In this document: piece by piece, positions 48,514 through 57,749 of the stretch | Numbering within the stretch: position 1 is the first letter of the stretch | How the letters are laid out: each line of letters begins with the position of its first letter | NCBI GenBank assembly: GCA_965645245.1 | Contig: OZ287077.1 | Span: 124,001-188,000 of the forward strand | Direction of reading: 5' to 3' | DNA length: 64,000 bases | Source: Massalongia carnosa | Taxonomy: Eukaryota | Made by a program: the position numbers and the translations under genes | Notes under the pieces: generated by a model | Told to the model about the DNA's origin: nothing | The model's input: the letters and a program-made list of their open reading frames with translations, nothing else | Databases searched by the model: none

Positions 48514-51500
48514 CTACCCCTCCTCTGAGACGGCGGCTCCGGACGTCGATGGTTGACTGTTATTCATGAATAGGACATCCTTTGGGGCGTTGGGTTTTCC
48601 TTTATTGTCTGTATGAAATTTTCTGATTTCTTCTTTGGCGCGAATGAAATCAGTCCATGGCTGCCAAGGTGGGTTTGCGTTCCAGTCATCCCATGAGCCG
48701 ATATAGGTTGCTTTATACTGAGTGCCGTATTTCTTAGTTTCACGGCAGTCGACGATTTCGAGGACTTCATATTCTTCATGAGGACTGGATTCGGCGTCTT
48801 CTTGAATCAGTATCGGGGGACCCGGTTCAATAAGTTGACCGGGGAATGGGTTCGTAGGAGCCAGATGAAGTTTCCATGGATGAAATATGGGTGTGAGCCC
48901 CACTCTTTTCAAGTGTTCGGGAATTTCCAATTCATAGGCCTTGTTATCTATGTTTCGGATGATTTTCCATGGCCCCGCGTTTTTGGAACTCAGGGAGCGA
49001 CTCTGCTTGTCGACGGAGAAATCTTTGGTGTTGACATATACCATGTCTCCTATCTTGTAGTCTGGATGTGGGGCCCGCGACTCATTGGCATATCTCATCT
49101 GATCTGCCTGTGCCCAGGTTAGGTGCTCGATAAGCCATTTGGTCATGGCTTCTTGTCGGGCGGTTATTTTGTCTGCCGACATCAGTTCCGCGCGTCCGGT
49201 GACATTTGAGTCAAAAGGCTGAAGCGGCTCCGAGCCACTACGAGGGTGATAACCGTGATCAGCGAAGAAGGGGGACATTCCGGTTGAAGCGTTCGTATGA
49301 TTATTGACTGCAAATTCGGCATCTGGTAAGTAGTCCACCCAGTCGTCTTGAGCATGTCTGACGTATGCTCTCAGGTAGTTCTTCATAACCTTATTCGCAT
49401 TTTCGGTTTGACCATCTGTTTCTGGATGATGCGCGGAGGACGGTTTCGATTTGACTCCTAATCGCTGACAAATTCGCTTCCACAGATGGGCTGTCAATTG
49501 CGTCCCGCGATCGTGGACGATGGAGTTTGGCAAGCCGTATGTTGAAAAGACCCGACGTTTGAGGACTTCTAGTACGTCCTTCGTGCCTATATCCACCATA
49601 GGTTCGTACAACCTACGTTTGGTCAATCTGTCCACGATAACCAAGATATTTTCGTACGTCCGGCCCCGTCTGTGACATTTGGGCAGTTTGACTACAAAGT
49701 CCAGAGATAAGTCTGTCCATTTTCTTTGAGGTATGGGTAGTGGGGCTAATAGGCCCTGTTTCTGATCGTTGTACGCCTTGGACCTTCGGCATGTAGAGCA
49801 GTTAGTAGCGTATCTTCGACAATCATCCTTCATGGACATCCAGAAATAGTTCTCCAGCATTTTGGCATACATGCCTCGATACCCGGGGTGTCCTTGCATC
49901 GGGGGATTATGATGATCCGATAAAAGACGCAGCTTCAGCTTGTCGAAATTCGGAATGAAGAGGCGTGTTTTGTAGTATAGTCTTTCGTGACGGACTTCCA
50001 AGTCACCCATCGCCAGTCTCAGCCCGTTGCTTAGAATTTTATCGGGCAATTTCTTCAGATTTTCCAACTTAGCCTTCATGACTTCCTGAATCATTGCGTC
50101 TTCTTGATATGCCTCCGCTAAAAGATTTTCTAATAATTCATCAGGCTTTTCTGCATCCGAATCATCATTCGAATTGATTGTGAACTCCTCTACCGTCAAG
50201 TCCTCTACTTCCTCATCCCTGATTTGATCGGATGAGTCAGTAGTAATGTTGTCTTCAACCCGTTCTCGATTGGCCATGGATCTGGTTGTCACGTACAGCT
50301 TCAGGTCCTGTTTCACTTCATCGTCCAGCTGATTTTCTTTTAGCAGCACCTGATATTGATATCTGGTGCGATCATCCTCCGCGTCCATCGGCAGATCTTG
50401 CTCTCTTCTGGTGAGGGCGTCCGGTTTGCCCCCTTGCTTGCCTGGTCTATACATAATGCGAAAATTATATTCCGCCAGCATCTCAGCCCAACGCACTTGA
50501 CGGCGATTTAGTTGTTTCAAAGTCATGAAGGTCTCCAGATTCTTATGATCTGAGTAGACCTTTGTTGATTGCTCCACTCCCGCTAGCTCCGGTCTCCAGA
50601 TGACGAAACTTTCTACGATGGCTAGGAGTTCTTTATCGTAGATCTCATAATTGCATTCGGCGGGGCTCATCTTCTTCGAGAAATAAGCCACGGGTTTCAG
50701 AACGCCTTCATGCATCTGAGAGAGTATCCCCGATACTACGAAGTCAGATGCGTCTGTCTCCACCCAGGTCTCTAGCCTTGGGTCGTAATGAGCAAGAATC
50801 GGCGCAGAGGTAAAAGAAATCTTCATGTCTTCGAAAGCTTGCTGACATTCAGTGGTCCACACGAAGTCTTGATACTTGGTGCGTCTCTTTCCGCCTTTCG
50901 TGACATATTGCTCTCCGCGGGTTAGCTCGGTCAGACACTTCACCTTTTCGGAGAATCGCTCAATGAAGCGACGATAGAAGTTAGCGAATCCAAGAAAGGA
51001 CTGCACCTCTTTTACTGACGCGGGCGTCTTCCATTCTAGTATGGCCGTCACCTTTTCTGGGTCCATTCTAACGCCATTCACCCCCACGAACATTCCGAGG
51101 TACTTGACTTCGGAGACAGAGAATTCACACTTGTCTATGTCTAGTTGAAGTCCTCTTTCTTTCAGACGACGAAGTACCTTCAGTACCTGCTCGATGTGCT
51201 CCGTTTCTGTTTCACTGAACACCAGTACGTCGTCCAGATAGGCGGTGACGAAATAATCTAAGTATTCTCGCAGGGAGTTATTGATATAGCTCTGAAATGT
51301 TGATGGAGCGTTGCATAGTCCGAAGGGCATCACAAGATATTCAAATTGACCGTATCGAGTATTGAACGCCGTGAGCCACTCTTGTCCCTCTTTAATCCTC
51401 ATCCTATTGAATGCATGAATGACGTCCAATTTAGTAAACCACTTTGCTTTGGCGAGTTTCGCCAATGTCTCGCTGATCAATGGAATGGGGTATCGACTTT

Positions 51501-52584
51501 TCTCCGTGATATTATTCAGATCTCGATAATCTACGCAAAAGCGAAGACCCCCGCCTGGTTTCCTGACCAATAGTACCGGCGCGGCCGCCTTTGACGAGCT
51601 CGGACGAATAAACCCTTTTGCTAAGTGCTCATCTAGATATTTTCTTACCGCGGTCAATTCCTGTTCGGACATGGGCCGATAATTCTTGATGAACGGGGGC
51701 TCGATCCCGGGCATCAAATTGATTTCGTGATCCTCTTTTCGATGAGGTGCCAACTCGTCTGCCTTAGCCCTCATGAAGACTTCAATCTCGCCATGATAGG
51801 CCTCGGGTACTCGTTTTTTCAATTCTTCCAGAGTATATTCGACTTTGTCTTTCATGAACTTCTCATGATCGTCGCTGGTGACTGCGTTGATACTTGAAGC
51901 AGTCAGAAGCTTCTTCTCGTACCTATCTAACTTCTTGTTGAGCTTTTCCCTCGGATAGAAACAGTAAGTCTGATGACCCGATCTTCGAAGAAGTTTCATA
52001 AATCGCTTCGGGGTGAGGGACTGAATATCGAAATTTTCAAAGGCCTCGTTCTTTGCTGAGGCAGTCGTTTCCTTCTCCAAGATTGTGGATTCAAATTTTG
52101 AGACTGAATGAGATCGAGGTGCGCATCCCTTACTGACGCACCGATTGGAGAACGTCATGGTGCGTTCAACCCAATCAATGTGAGGGTTATGCTCCTGCAG
52201 CCATCCATCACCGATGATCAAGGTATGATTACCTATGTCGGCCAGATAGCAGAATAACTTTTCCTCATGATCTCCGATTCTGACGGGAACGATAACGGCC
52301 TTATCAATGATTTGATGGACTTTTCCATCCCCAAGTTCCAGTCTGACCCTGTCTCTTTTTTTTAGTCTAATGGTCTCTAGTTTTCTTTTGCGCGCAAAGG
52401 ATTCATGAAGAAATTGAGCTTCACTTCCGTTATCGATCATCAACTGATTTTCATTAGAGGCTATACTACATCTAAATAAAAGATGCTTGCCCGGAACGAG
52501 ATGATCGACAGAAAGAACAGATGCTCTAACAACCCTTAATGAAACTTCTCGACATTCCTGATGGCGACTATCATCAGGAATCAT
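48514..52584 (-). CDS. pol: E Pol: protease, RT, RNase H, integrase, chromodomain (1356 aa)
   Basis: MIDNGSE, YLDD, ETDAS, HPETDGQTE, AGPW, EYEVLEIVD; the stop codon abuts the LTR. Confidence 0.96.
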   Translation of the reverse strand: MIPDDSRHQECREVSLRVVRASVLSVDHLVPGKHLLFRCSIASNENQLMIDNGSEAQFLHESFARKRKLETIRLKKRDRVRLELGDGKVHQIIDKAVIVPVRIGDHEEKLFCYLADIGNHTLIIGDGWLQEHNPHIDWVERTMTFSNRCVSKGCAPRSHSVSKFESTILEKETTASAKNEAFENFDIQSLTPKRFMKLLRRSGHQTYCFYPREKLNKKLDRYEKKLLTASSINAVTSDDHEKFMKDKVEYTLEELKKRVPEAYHGEIEVFMRAKADELAPHRKEDHEINLMPGIEPPFIKNYRPMSEQELTAVRKYLDEHLAKGFIRPSSSKAAAPVLLVRKPGGGLRFCVDYRDLNNITEKSRYPIPLISETLAKLAKAKWFTKLDVIHAFNRMRIKEGQEWLTAFNTRYGQFEYLVMPFGLCNAPSTFQSYINNSLREYLDYFVTAYLDDVLVFSETETEHIEQVLKVLRRLKERGLQLDIDKCEFSVSEVKYLGMFVGVNGVRMDPEKVTAILEWKTPASVKEVQSFLGFANFYRRFIERFSEKVKCLTELTRGEQYVTKGGKRRTKYQDFVWTTECQQAFEDMKISFTSAPILAHYDPRLETWVETDASDFVVSGILSQMHEGVLKPVAYFSKKMSPAECNYEIYDKELLAIVESFVIWRPELAGVEQSTKVYSDHKNLETFMTLKQLNRRQVRWAEMLAEYNFRIMYRPGKQGGKPDALTRREQDLPMDAEDDRTRYQYQVLLKENQLDDEVKQDLKLYVTTRSMANRERVEDNITTDSSDQIRDEEVEDLTVEEFTINSNDDSDAEKPDELLENLLAEAYQEDAMIQEVMKAKLENLKKLPDKILSNGLRLAMGDLEVRHERLYYKTRLFIPNFDKLKLRLLSDHHNPPMQGHPGYRGMYAKMLENYFWMSMKDDCRRYATNCSTCRRSKAYNDQKQGLLAPLPIPQRKWTDLSLDFVVKLPKCHRRGRTYENILVIVDRLTKRRLYEPMVDIGTKDVLEVLKRRVFSTYGLPNSIVHDRGTQLTAHLWKRICQRLGVKSKPSSAHHPETDGQTENANKVMKNYLRAYVRHAQDDWVDYLPDAEFAVNNHTNASTGMSPFFADHGYHPRSGSEPLQPFDSNVTGRAELMSADKITARQEAMTKWLIEHLTWAQADQMRYANESRAPHPDYKIGDMVYVNTKDFSVDKQSRSLSSKNAGPWKIIRNIDNKAYELEIPEHLKRVGLTPIFHPWKLHLAPTNPFPGQLIEPGPPILIQEDAESSPHEEYEVLEIVDCRETKKYGTQYKATYIGSWDDWNANPPWQPWTDFIRAKEEIRKFHTDNKGKPNAPKDVLFMNNSQPSTSGAAVSEEG

Positions 52585-54173
52585 TCTTTTTCCGAGTCAT
52601 CGGACTCGGATGAGTCTTCTCGAATGGCGACTCTACTGAGATTCACTGCTTGCCTAATGCAACAGGGGTCTCGGCCCCTATGCCCTGATCCTCTGCACGA
52701 CCAACATCGGCCCTGTCGTGACAGAGTCTCTCGTTCCCCGTCCTCCAACTTGGGCGGGTGAAGCGTCCCCTCGTACCAAGCTCCTACCCATCCTTCCGGT
52801 TTGGTCGAGACCTGTCCGAATTTCGAGTTCGGGTTGGCGGAGATGGCGGAGTTGGTCGTAGTCGCTTTTGGTTTGACTGTGATCGAGGTACTGGAGGTGG
52901 CGGTCGTGATTTTGTTTAAACCACGACCGACGGAAGAAGAAGGAGAAGTCGTCGTTTTCGCGGGCTTCTGAGATTCCGACTTCGCGTACTTCTGATTCAT
53001 CTCCTTTCTTCCCTGTTCGATTTTCCTGGCTTCATGCAAGAGGGTTTCTAGACTGATGAAGTCCCGTCCCAATAGAGACAGCGCGATGTTCGGCCGCAGG
53101 GTGTCCTTGAACGTCTCAATTCTCTCATCCGCGGGGGTTTTTGCACGTTGCCAGAGTTTGAACATTCGATGATAGTATTCAGTCACCGTTTCATCTTTGT
53201 TCATGCTTATTTCTTTCAATTCCTTCTTCGCGTCCTTTGTCAAATATGCTATCCCGAGATAGCTCTCAATTTCCTTGAAGAACGTATTCAAAGAGAGAGT
53301 GGGACCGGCATCCACTACCCAGGTGTGTATGGCGTCGAAAATGGGATCCTTCATCTGCGATAAGGCGTAGTCGATTTTCAACTCCTCACTAGTGTACATT
53401 GGGGAGTCGGTTCTGATTTTTCTTTCCACCGTAAACGCCCATGCACTATAGGCGTCTGAGTTGGAACCGTCGAGGGCCTCCTTCGGGTTGGTGCCTTTGG
53501 GTCGATAATTGCTTAAGGGGGCAGCGACGGCGGATTGATCTTCAGTTTGACCAGTCGATGAGGTCGACGTCTGAGTAGCTTCGCGAGCTAGACGTTTCAT
53601 CTCTGATATTTCACGAATGAGGTCCGAGTTTTCCGCTTTGACCTTCTGAGTCTCCAATTTTTCAGCCGCGATATCCTCCTCAAATACTAGTCTCTCGTGA
53701 TCCCAGCTCTTTATCATTCGGGTCCATTCTGCCTGTAGACCTTTTAGATCTTTGTTTCTTTTTTTCAAGTCCTGATATTTCTCGATCAAAACCTCATGTT
53801 GTAGGAGCGTGCCGGCTAGAACAGTGTACCATATGTCGCCGTCTCCCTTTAGGACGAGGGCCCTTCTCAACTCTTCTCGATTGGCCACCTTGATGATCAT
53901 AGCTGATTTCGACGGATTGCTTTCCGTCAGACTTCGATAAATGGCATAATTGCTTATGTCGATTTTCGGTTCTGAGGTCGGGGCCTCGATCTTCGGTTCC
54001 CTGCCTTTGTCTTTGTTTGTCGGCAAAACAGTGTCATTTTCCACCTCTTCGTCGGCGGGTTCATATTCGCCTGGTATGCTCTGTGTCGATTGTCGCGACA
54101 TGGAGCGAGCTCTAGTGTTGAAGGCCGGCCCCGAGGGAGCGACATCTCTGCTGGATGATTCTAATGAGTTCAT
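52581..54173 (-). CDS. gag: E Gag (530 aa)
   Basis: Coiled coil, capsid region, CWSCRGSGH knuckle. Confidence 0.93.
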   Translation of the reverse strand: MNSLESSSRDVAPSGPAFNTRARSMSRQSTQSIPGEYEPADEEVENDTVLPTNKDKGREPKIEAPTSEPKIDISNYAIYRSLTESNPSKSAMIIKVANREELRRALVLKGDGDIWYTVLAGTLLQHEVLIEKYQDLKKRNKDLKGLQAEWTRMIKSWDHERLVFEEDIAAEKLETQKVKAENSDLIREISEMKRLAREATQTSTSSTGQTEDQSAVAAPLSNYRPKGTNPKEALDGSNSDAYSAWAFTVERKIRTDSPMYTSEELKIDYALSQMKDPIFDAIHTWVVDAGPTLSLNTFFKEIESYLGIAYLTKDAKKELKEISMNKDETVTEYYHRMFKLWQRAKTPADERIETFKDTLRPNIALSLLGRDFISLETLLHEARKIEQGRKEMNQKYAKSESQKPAKTTTSPSSSVGRGLNKITTATSSTSITVKPKATTTNSAISANPNSKFGQVSTKPEGWVGAWYEGTLHPPKLEDGERETLSRQGRCWSCRGSGHRGRDPCCIRQAVNLSRVAIREDSSESDDSEKE

Positions 54174-54206
54174 GTTTTCTGATTAGCCTAATGATTCTGA
54201 TTGTAG

Positions 54207-54217
54207 GTCTGAAGATT
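54207..54217 (-). promoter_or_regulatory. self-priming PBS (11 nt) of E
   Basis: AATCTTCAGAC (-) is perfectly complementary to LTR positions 54267-54277. Confidence 0.85.
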
Positions 54218-54218
54218 G

Positions 54219-54391
54219 TGTGAGGGATAAAACGAGTTCAATTTCAATAGCCTAGTTCTACACCAAAATCTTCAGACGAAGTCTAAAAGCTTTACTCGGG
54301 CGGAGTTCTATATAACCCCTGAAAAGTCGCTTCCTCGGCACATTACCTAATCGATGCTAGTCTGATGTCAGGTGACCTCAGGACCCTGACA
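54219..54391 (-). repeat. 5' LTR of E
   Basis: Reads identical to 48341-48513; TATA-like TATATAGAA near 54307-54315. Confidence 0.97.
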
Positions 54392-56477
54392 TTAGCGGTC
54401 AGATAACCAAGTCATAGAGCAATTGCATGAGCAATTTCTAGCCCTAAAAACCCCGCCCATTAAAGGTAAAATAGAGGCATGGGTAGCTAATTGGGAGAAT
54501 ATTAAGGGACAAATTGTTGAGCTCAATATAACGGGCCTATTTGGCTCCGAGACCATATTCATCAATGAATTTCTCCAATCAGGGAAGAAATGGACGCCCA
54601 ATCTCTGTAATAACTGGGTAATGCAGCATAGGGCTGCTAAGACGACGGTTGAATTTTACGAGACAACCAGGGAATATCGTTTAGCCGTGGAATAATTCCT
54701 GAATGAGGCAAAATCAACGTCTAGAAATCAAGCTAATGCAGCCTCGCTGCAGGGCCCAATGCAAGACGAAAATAAAGGTCCGGGGCCTAGCCAATCAAGT
54801 CAATGGAATGGCCAATCAAAAGAGGCCAGATTCAAGGATAGAAAGTGCGTATGTGGGAAAATACACCTGTTTAGGCTATATCTATATATCGTCAAATCAG
54901 CTCGCCCCCCTGCATGGAAGGAAGATAAAACCATACGCAATGAAATGCGTCAGAAAATTCAGTCAAAAATTCGGTTTTTCATGGCTATTAAGAAGGTCAC
55001 CGACACCAACGTACTAGACGGAATAGCTGAGGAGTCAGTCAAAAAGAGCTCCCAAAAAGCAGAGAATGAGCAACATAATCAGGGTAATCACATTGAATTG
55101 CCTGGTCAATCCTTCTCGTTTACGAACGTTATATCTAGGGCAAATAACCCCTTGCATAAAAGCGTCATATTTGAGTCCGGATGCGATAACCCTCTGACCT
55201 ATGATAAATCACGGTTTATAGGAGAAATAACCCCAACTTCGTCAGACATGTGGGTAGACACCCCCGACGGGGAGATGAAAATCCATGGTCATGGCACAAT
55301 GAGGGTAAATGGCCTATTAAATGGCCAGAAAAGGGAGCTATTATTCGAAGAAACAGCTTATATTCCTGATTCATCAGTGACGTTGGTTTCGGCCAATAAG
55401 TTGAAAAAACGAGACTTTTTCTGGGATATGTTCACTGATACCCTTATAGTTAATGAGACAGGGCAACAAATATGTGAAATAAAGGAGCACTATAGGCTCT
55501 CAATCATAGAATATAACCCTGAATCTATAGATATAGGGTTTGCTAACTCAGTGCAGCCACGCGATACGTCAGAAGCAACTCAATGGAAATGGCATCTTCG
55601 GTCAGGTCATTGCCGGCCAGAGGTGATTGACAAGCTAAAGAAGATCGATGAAGTGACAGTTTCAAAAGGCGTAGGGGGTGACAACGCACCTAGGACTATT
55701 CAATGCGAAACGTGTGCAGTCTCCAAGTTGCATAGATTCATCAATAAAGCTCCGTCAGGGCGTGCCATTAAGCCATATCAGGTGCTTCATTTTGACCTAA
55801 CAATCAATGATAAGGGGTTCGATAAAACGAGCTGTAAAGCTTATTTTACGGACGAAATTACCTCATATGTATGGGTTTATCCATTGAATGATCATAAGGA
55901 AAAGACCTTATTGCCCATCTTCAAAAGTTTGATCAATCAATGCGATAGGGTTGGCATTTCCATTAATTCAATTGTAACCACGATTCGCACGGGGCAAGAA
56001 AAATCAGTAGGAAAAGCCCTAGAAGCATGGATCAGTCAACAAGGTATAGGATAGTCATGGTCAGCAAAGAATACCCCTGAGCAAAATGGCGTTTCGGAGC
56101 GTTTCGGAGCCATATTAACTGAAAAAGCTCGATACATAAGGGAATATACAAAAAATGCCAGAAGACCTGTATCCGGAGTGCTATTTAGCTGCAGCCTATC
56201 TAATGAATCGAATCTCCAATAAAGCTCTGGAATGGGACTCCTCATTGGTCAAATTGTAGAAACTGACTAATACGGGTCAATCAGTCAGATACGAGCTGGC
56301 TCATCTAAAAGTGTTTGGTTGCAAGGCGTATCCATTGTTAAAAGGGGCCGATGCTCCTCACAAAAGCAATAAGTTGAAACCTAGGGCATTTGTTGGCTAT
56401 TTAGTTGGCTATGATTCAACAAATATCTTCAGGATATGGAATCCAGAAAAGGGAGATGTCAGCGGTTATAGAGACGT

Positions 56478-56827
56478 TGTGGAAGGATGAACTGGGTGGT
56501 GTGCGTGGTCCACTACTGCTAGGAGTGCAAGAGAACAAACAAACAAGAGAAGAACAGAACAATAGAATAAGGACAATAGCTAGATTGGTCTCTGTATGCC
56601 TCGTGCCTCGTGCCTCGTGCCTGTGAACTGTATGTGTTGATGCTATGTGTTGTAGCTATTGCTACGAGCATGCTTGCTCTAAAAGGAAAAGAACTATCTA
56701 TAACTAAAATAAAAGAAAGACTGTCACCTGACTTCCCCTCTACCTTTACCGAGTATCAGCCGAAAAGAACCAACTCCCGAACCGCTAGCAATTTGAATTT
56801 AGAGTATCACCGCTCCACCCCCCTACA
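56478..56827 (-). repeat. 3' LTR of D2 (350 bp)
   Basis: Reverse-complement homologue of the D1 LTRs. Confidence 0.93.
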
Positions 56828-56876
56828 TAGTTCCCCTCTCTCTTTAGGTGTCGACCCCTGACACCTATCACTGTTC

Positions 56877-57392
56877 CTACTCCAGTGTTCGCTTCATTCC
56901 GGCCTCAGCAAACACTAACTCCTCCTCATCCAGCTCGGGTCCCGGAGTCGTATCAATGTCATCAGAGATGTGAGGAATAGGCCTGCCATGTGACTCTCGC
57001 TTTAACCGAAAAGATGACCTAGTCCCAAAGTCCTCTTCCTCTGCTTTCTTCACATGCTGAAACATAATAATGGCCTCCTTTAGTGTCCGATTCCTCCATT
57101 CTCCAACTGTCCGTGACAGTTGGGCCATATCCACCTCCTCAATAACATCTTCTCGTTGAGCTTTGAACTCTTCTTCTTTCATCACCGAGGCCCAGGCATC
57201 ATTCTGTATGACATAGTCATAATAGTCCACTATGCTATCCCCTAGCATATGTTGGAACTCTATTAGCTGCGATTCTATGGTCCTCTGTCCCTCGTATCGG
57301 TCTGCTGGGGTCAATGTCTCAAGAAAAGCTAGTGCGTCTGTCATGCGGTGGAAGCGGTCATTTCCTAGGACAATGACTAATTGGAAAGACAT
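56877..57392 (-). CDS. D2 extra 3' ORF3, 171 aa, unknown function
   Basis: ATG-initiated, same sense as pol, lies between pol and the PPT; acidic and predicted by eye to be helical. Confidence 0.65.
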   Translation of the reverse strand: MSFQLVIVLGNDRFHRMTDALAFLETLTPADRYEGQRTIESQLIEFQHMLGDSIVDYYDYVIQNDAWASVMKEEEFKAQREDVIEEVDMAQLSRTVGEWRNRTLKEAIIMFQHVKKAEEEDFGTRSSFRLKRESHGRPIPHISDDIDTTPGPELDEEELVFAEAGMKRTLE

Positions 57393-57749
57393 GCCAAAAG
57401 ATGTAAGGCAAGTAAGGTAAGATAAATTGTTCCAAGTTATCGAGTAGCTTGCTGACTTTCGCTTAGATAAGAAGTTGAGCTTAGCAGAGATGTTTGCTGA
57501 TAGGAAGATAGTATATGTGCTGATCAGGTAGGTAGTAAAAGCTAGATAATTTGCTGAGTTCTGGTAGTATGGAAAAGGTAAAACATGGAGGTGAGGATTC
57601 GGAAGATGGCAATTTCGACTAAGGTTGGTGAAGTTTTCGGTGAATTTTGGTAAGTGTGAAATGAAACTATTCCGAAGGTTCGTGTGCTTCCTCCGCTGAC
57701 AATATGCATTTTACTAAGGAAATTCGTTCGATATAGGTAGTCGGATATG

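Larger units (their letters stand above)
48341..54391 (-). mobile_element. Ty3/gypsy chromovirus E, intact, TSD TTAGC
   Basis: 173-bp LTRs that read identical; TSD at 48336-48340 and 54392-54396; open gag and pol. Confidence 0.97.
47620..56477 (+). mobile_element. Ty1/copia F (decayed), host of E and D2
   Basis: LTR 47620-47775, PBS 47776-47786, gag from 47872 with stops; resumes at 54392 with protease-like IFESGC, WHLRSGH..CETC, PEQNGVSERF, HLKVFGCKAY. Confidence 0.85.

Noticed and set aside
46023..56477. Simple inversion between D1 and D2 to explain the missing TSD
   Set aside because: The D2 inner flank (ACGTC) does not match the D1 outer flank (GATGC).
56877..57392. env gene
   Set aside because: Too short, with no signal peptide or transmembrane segment.
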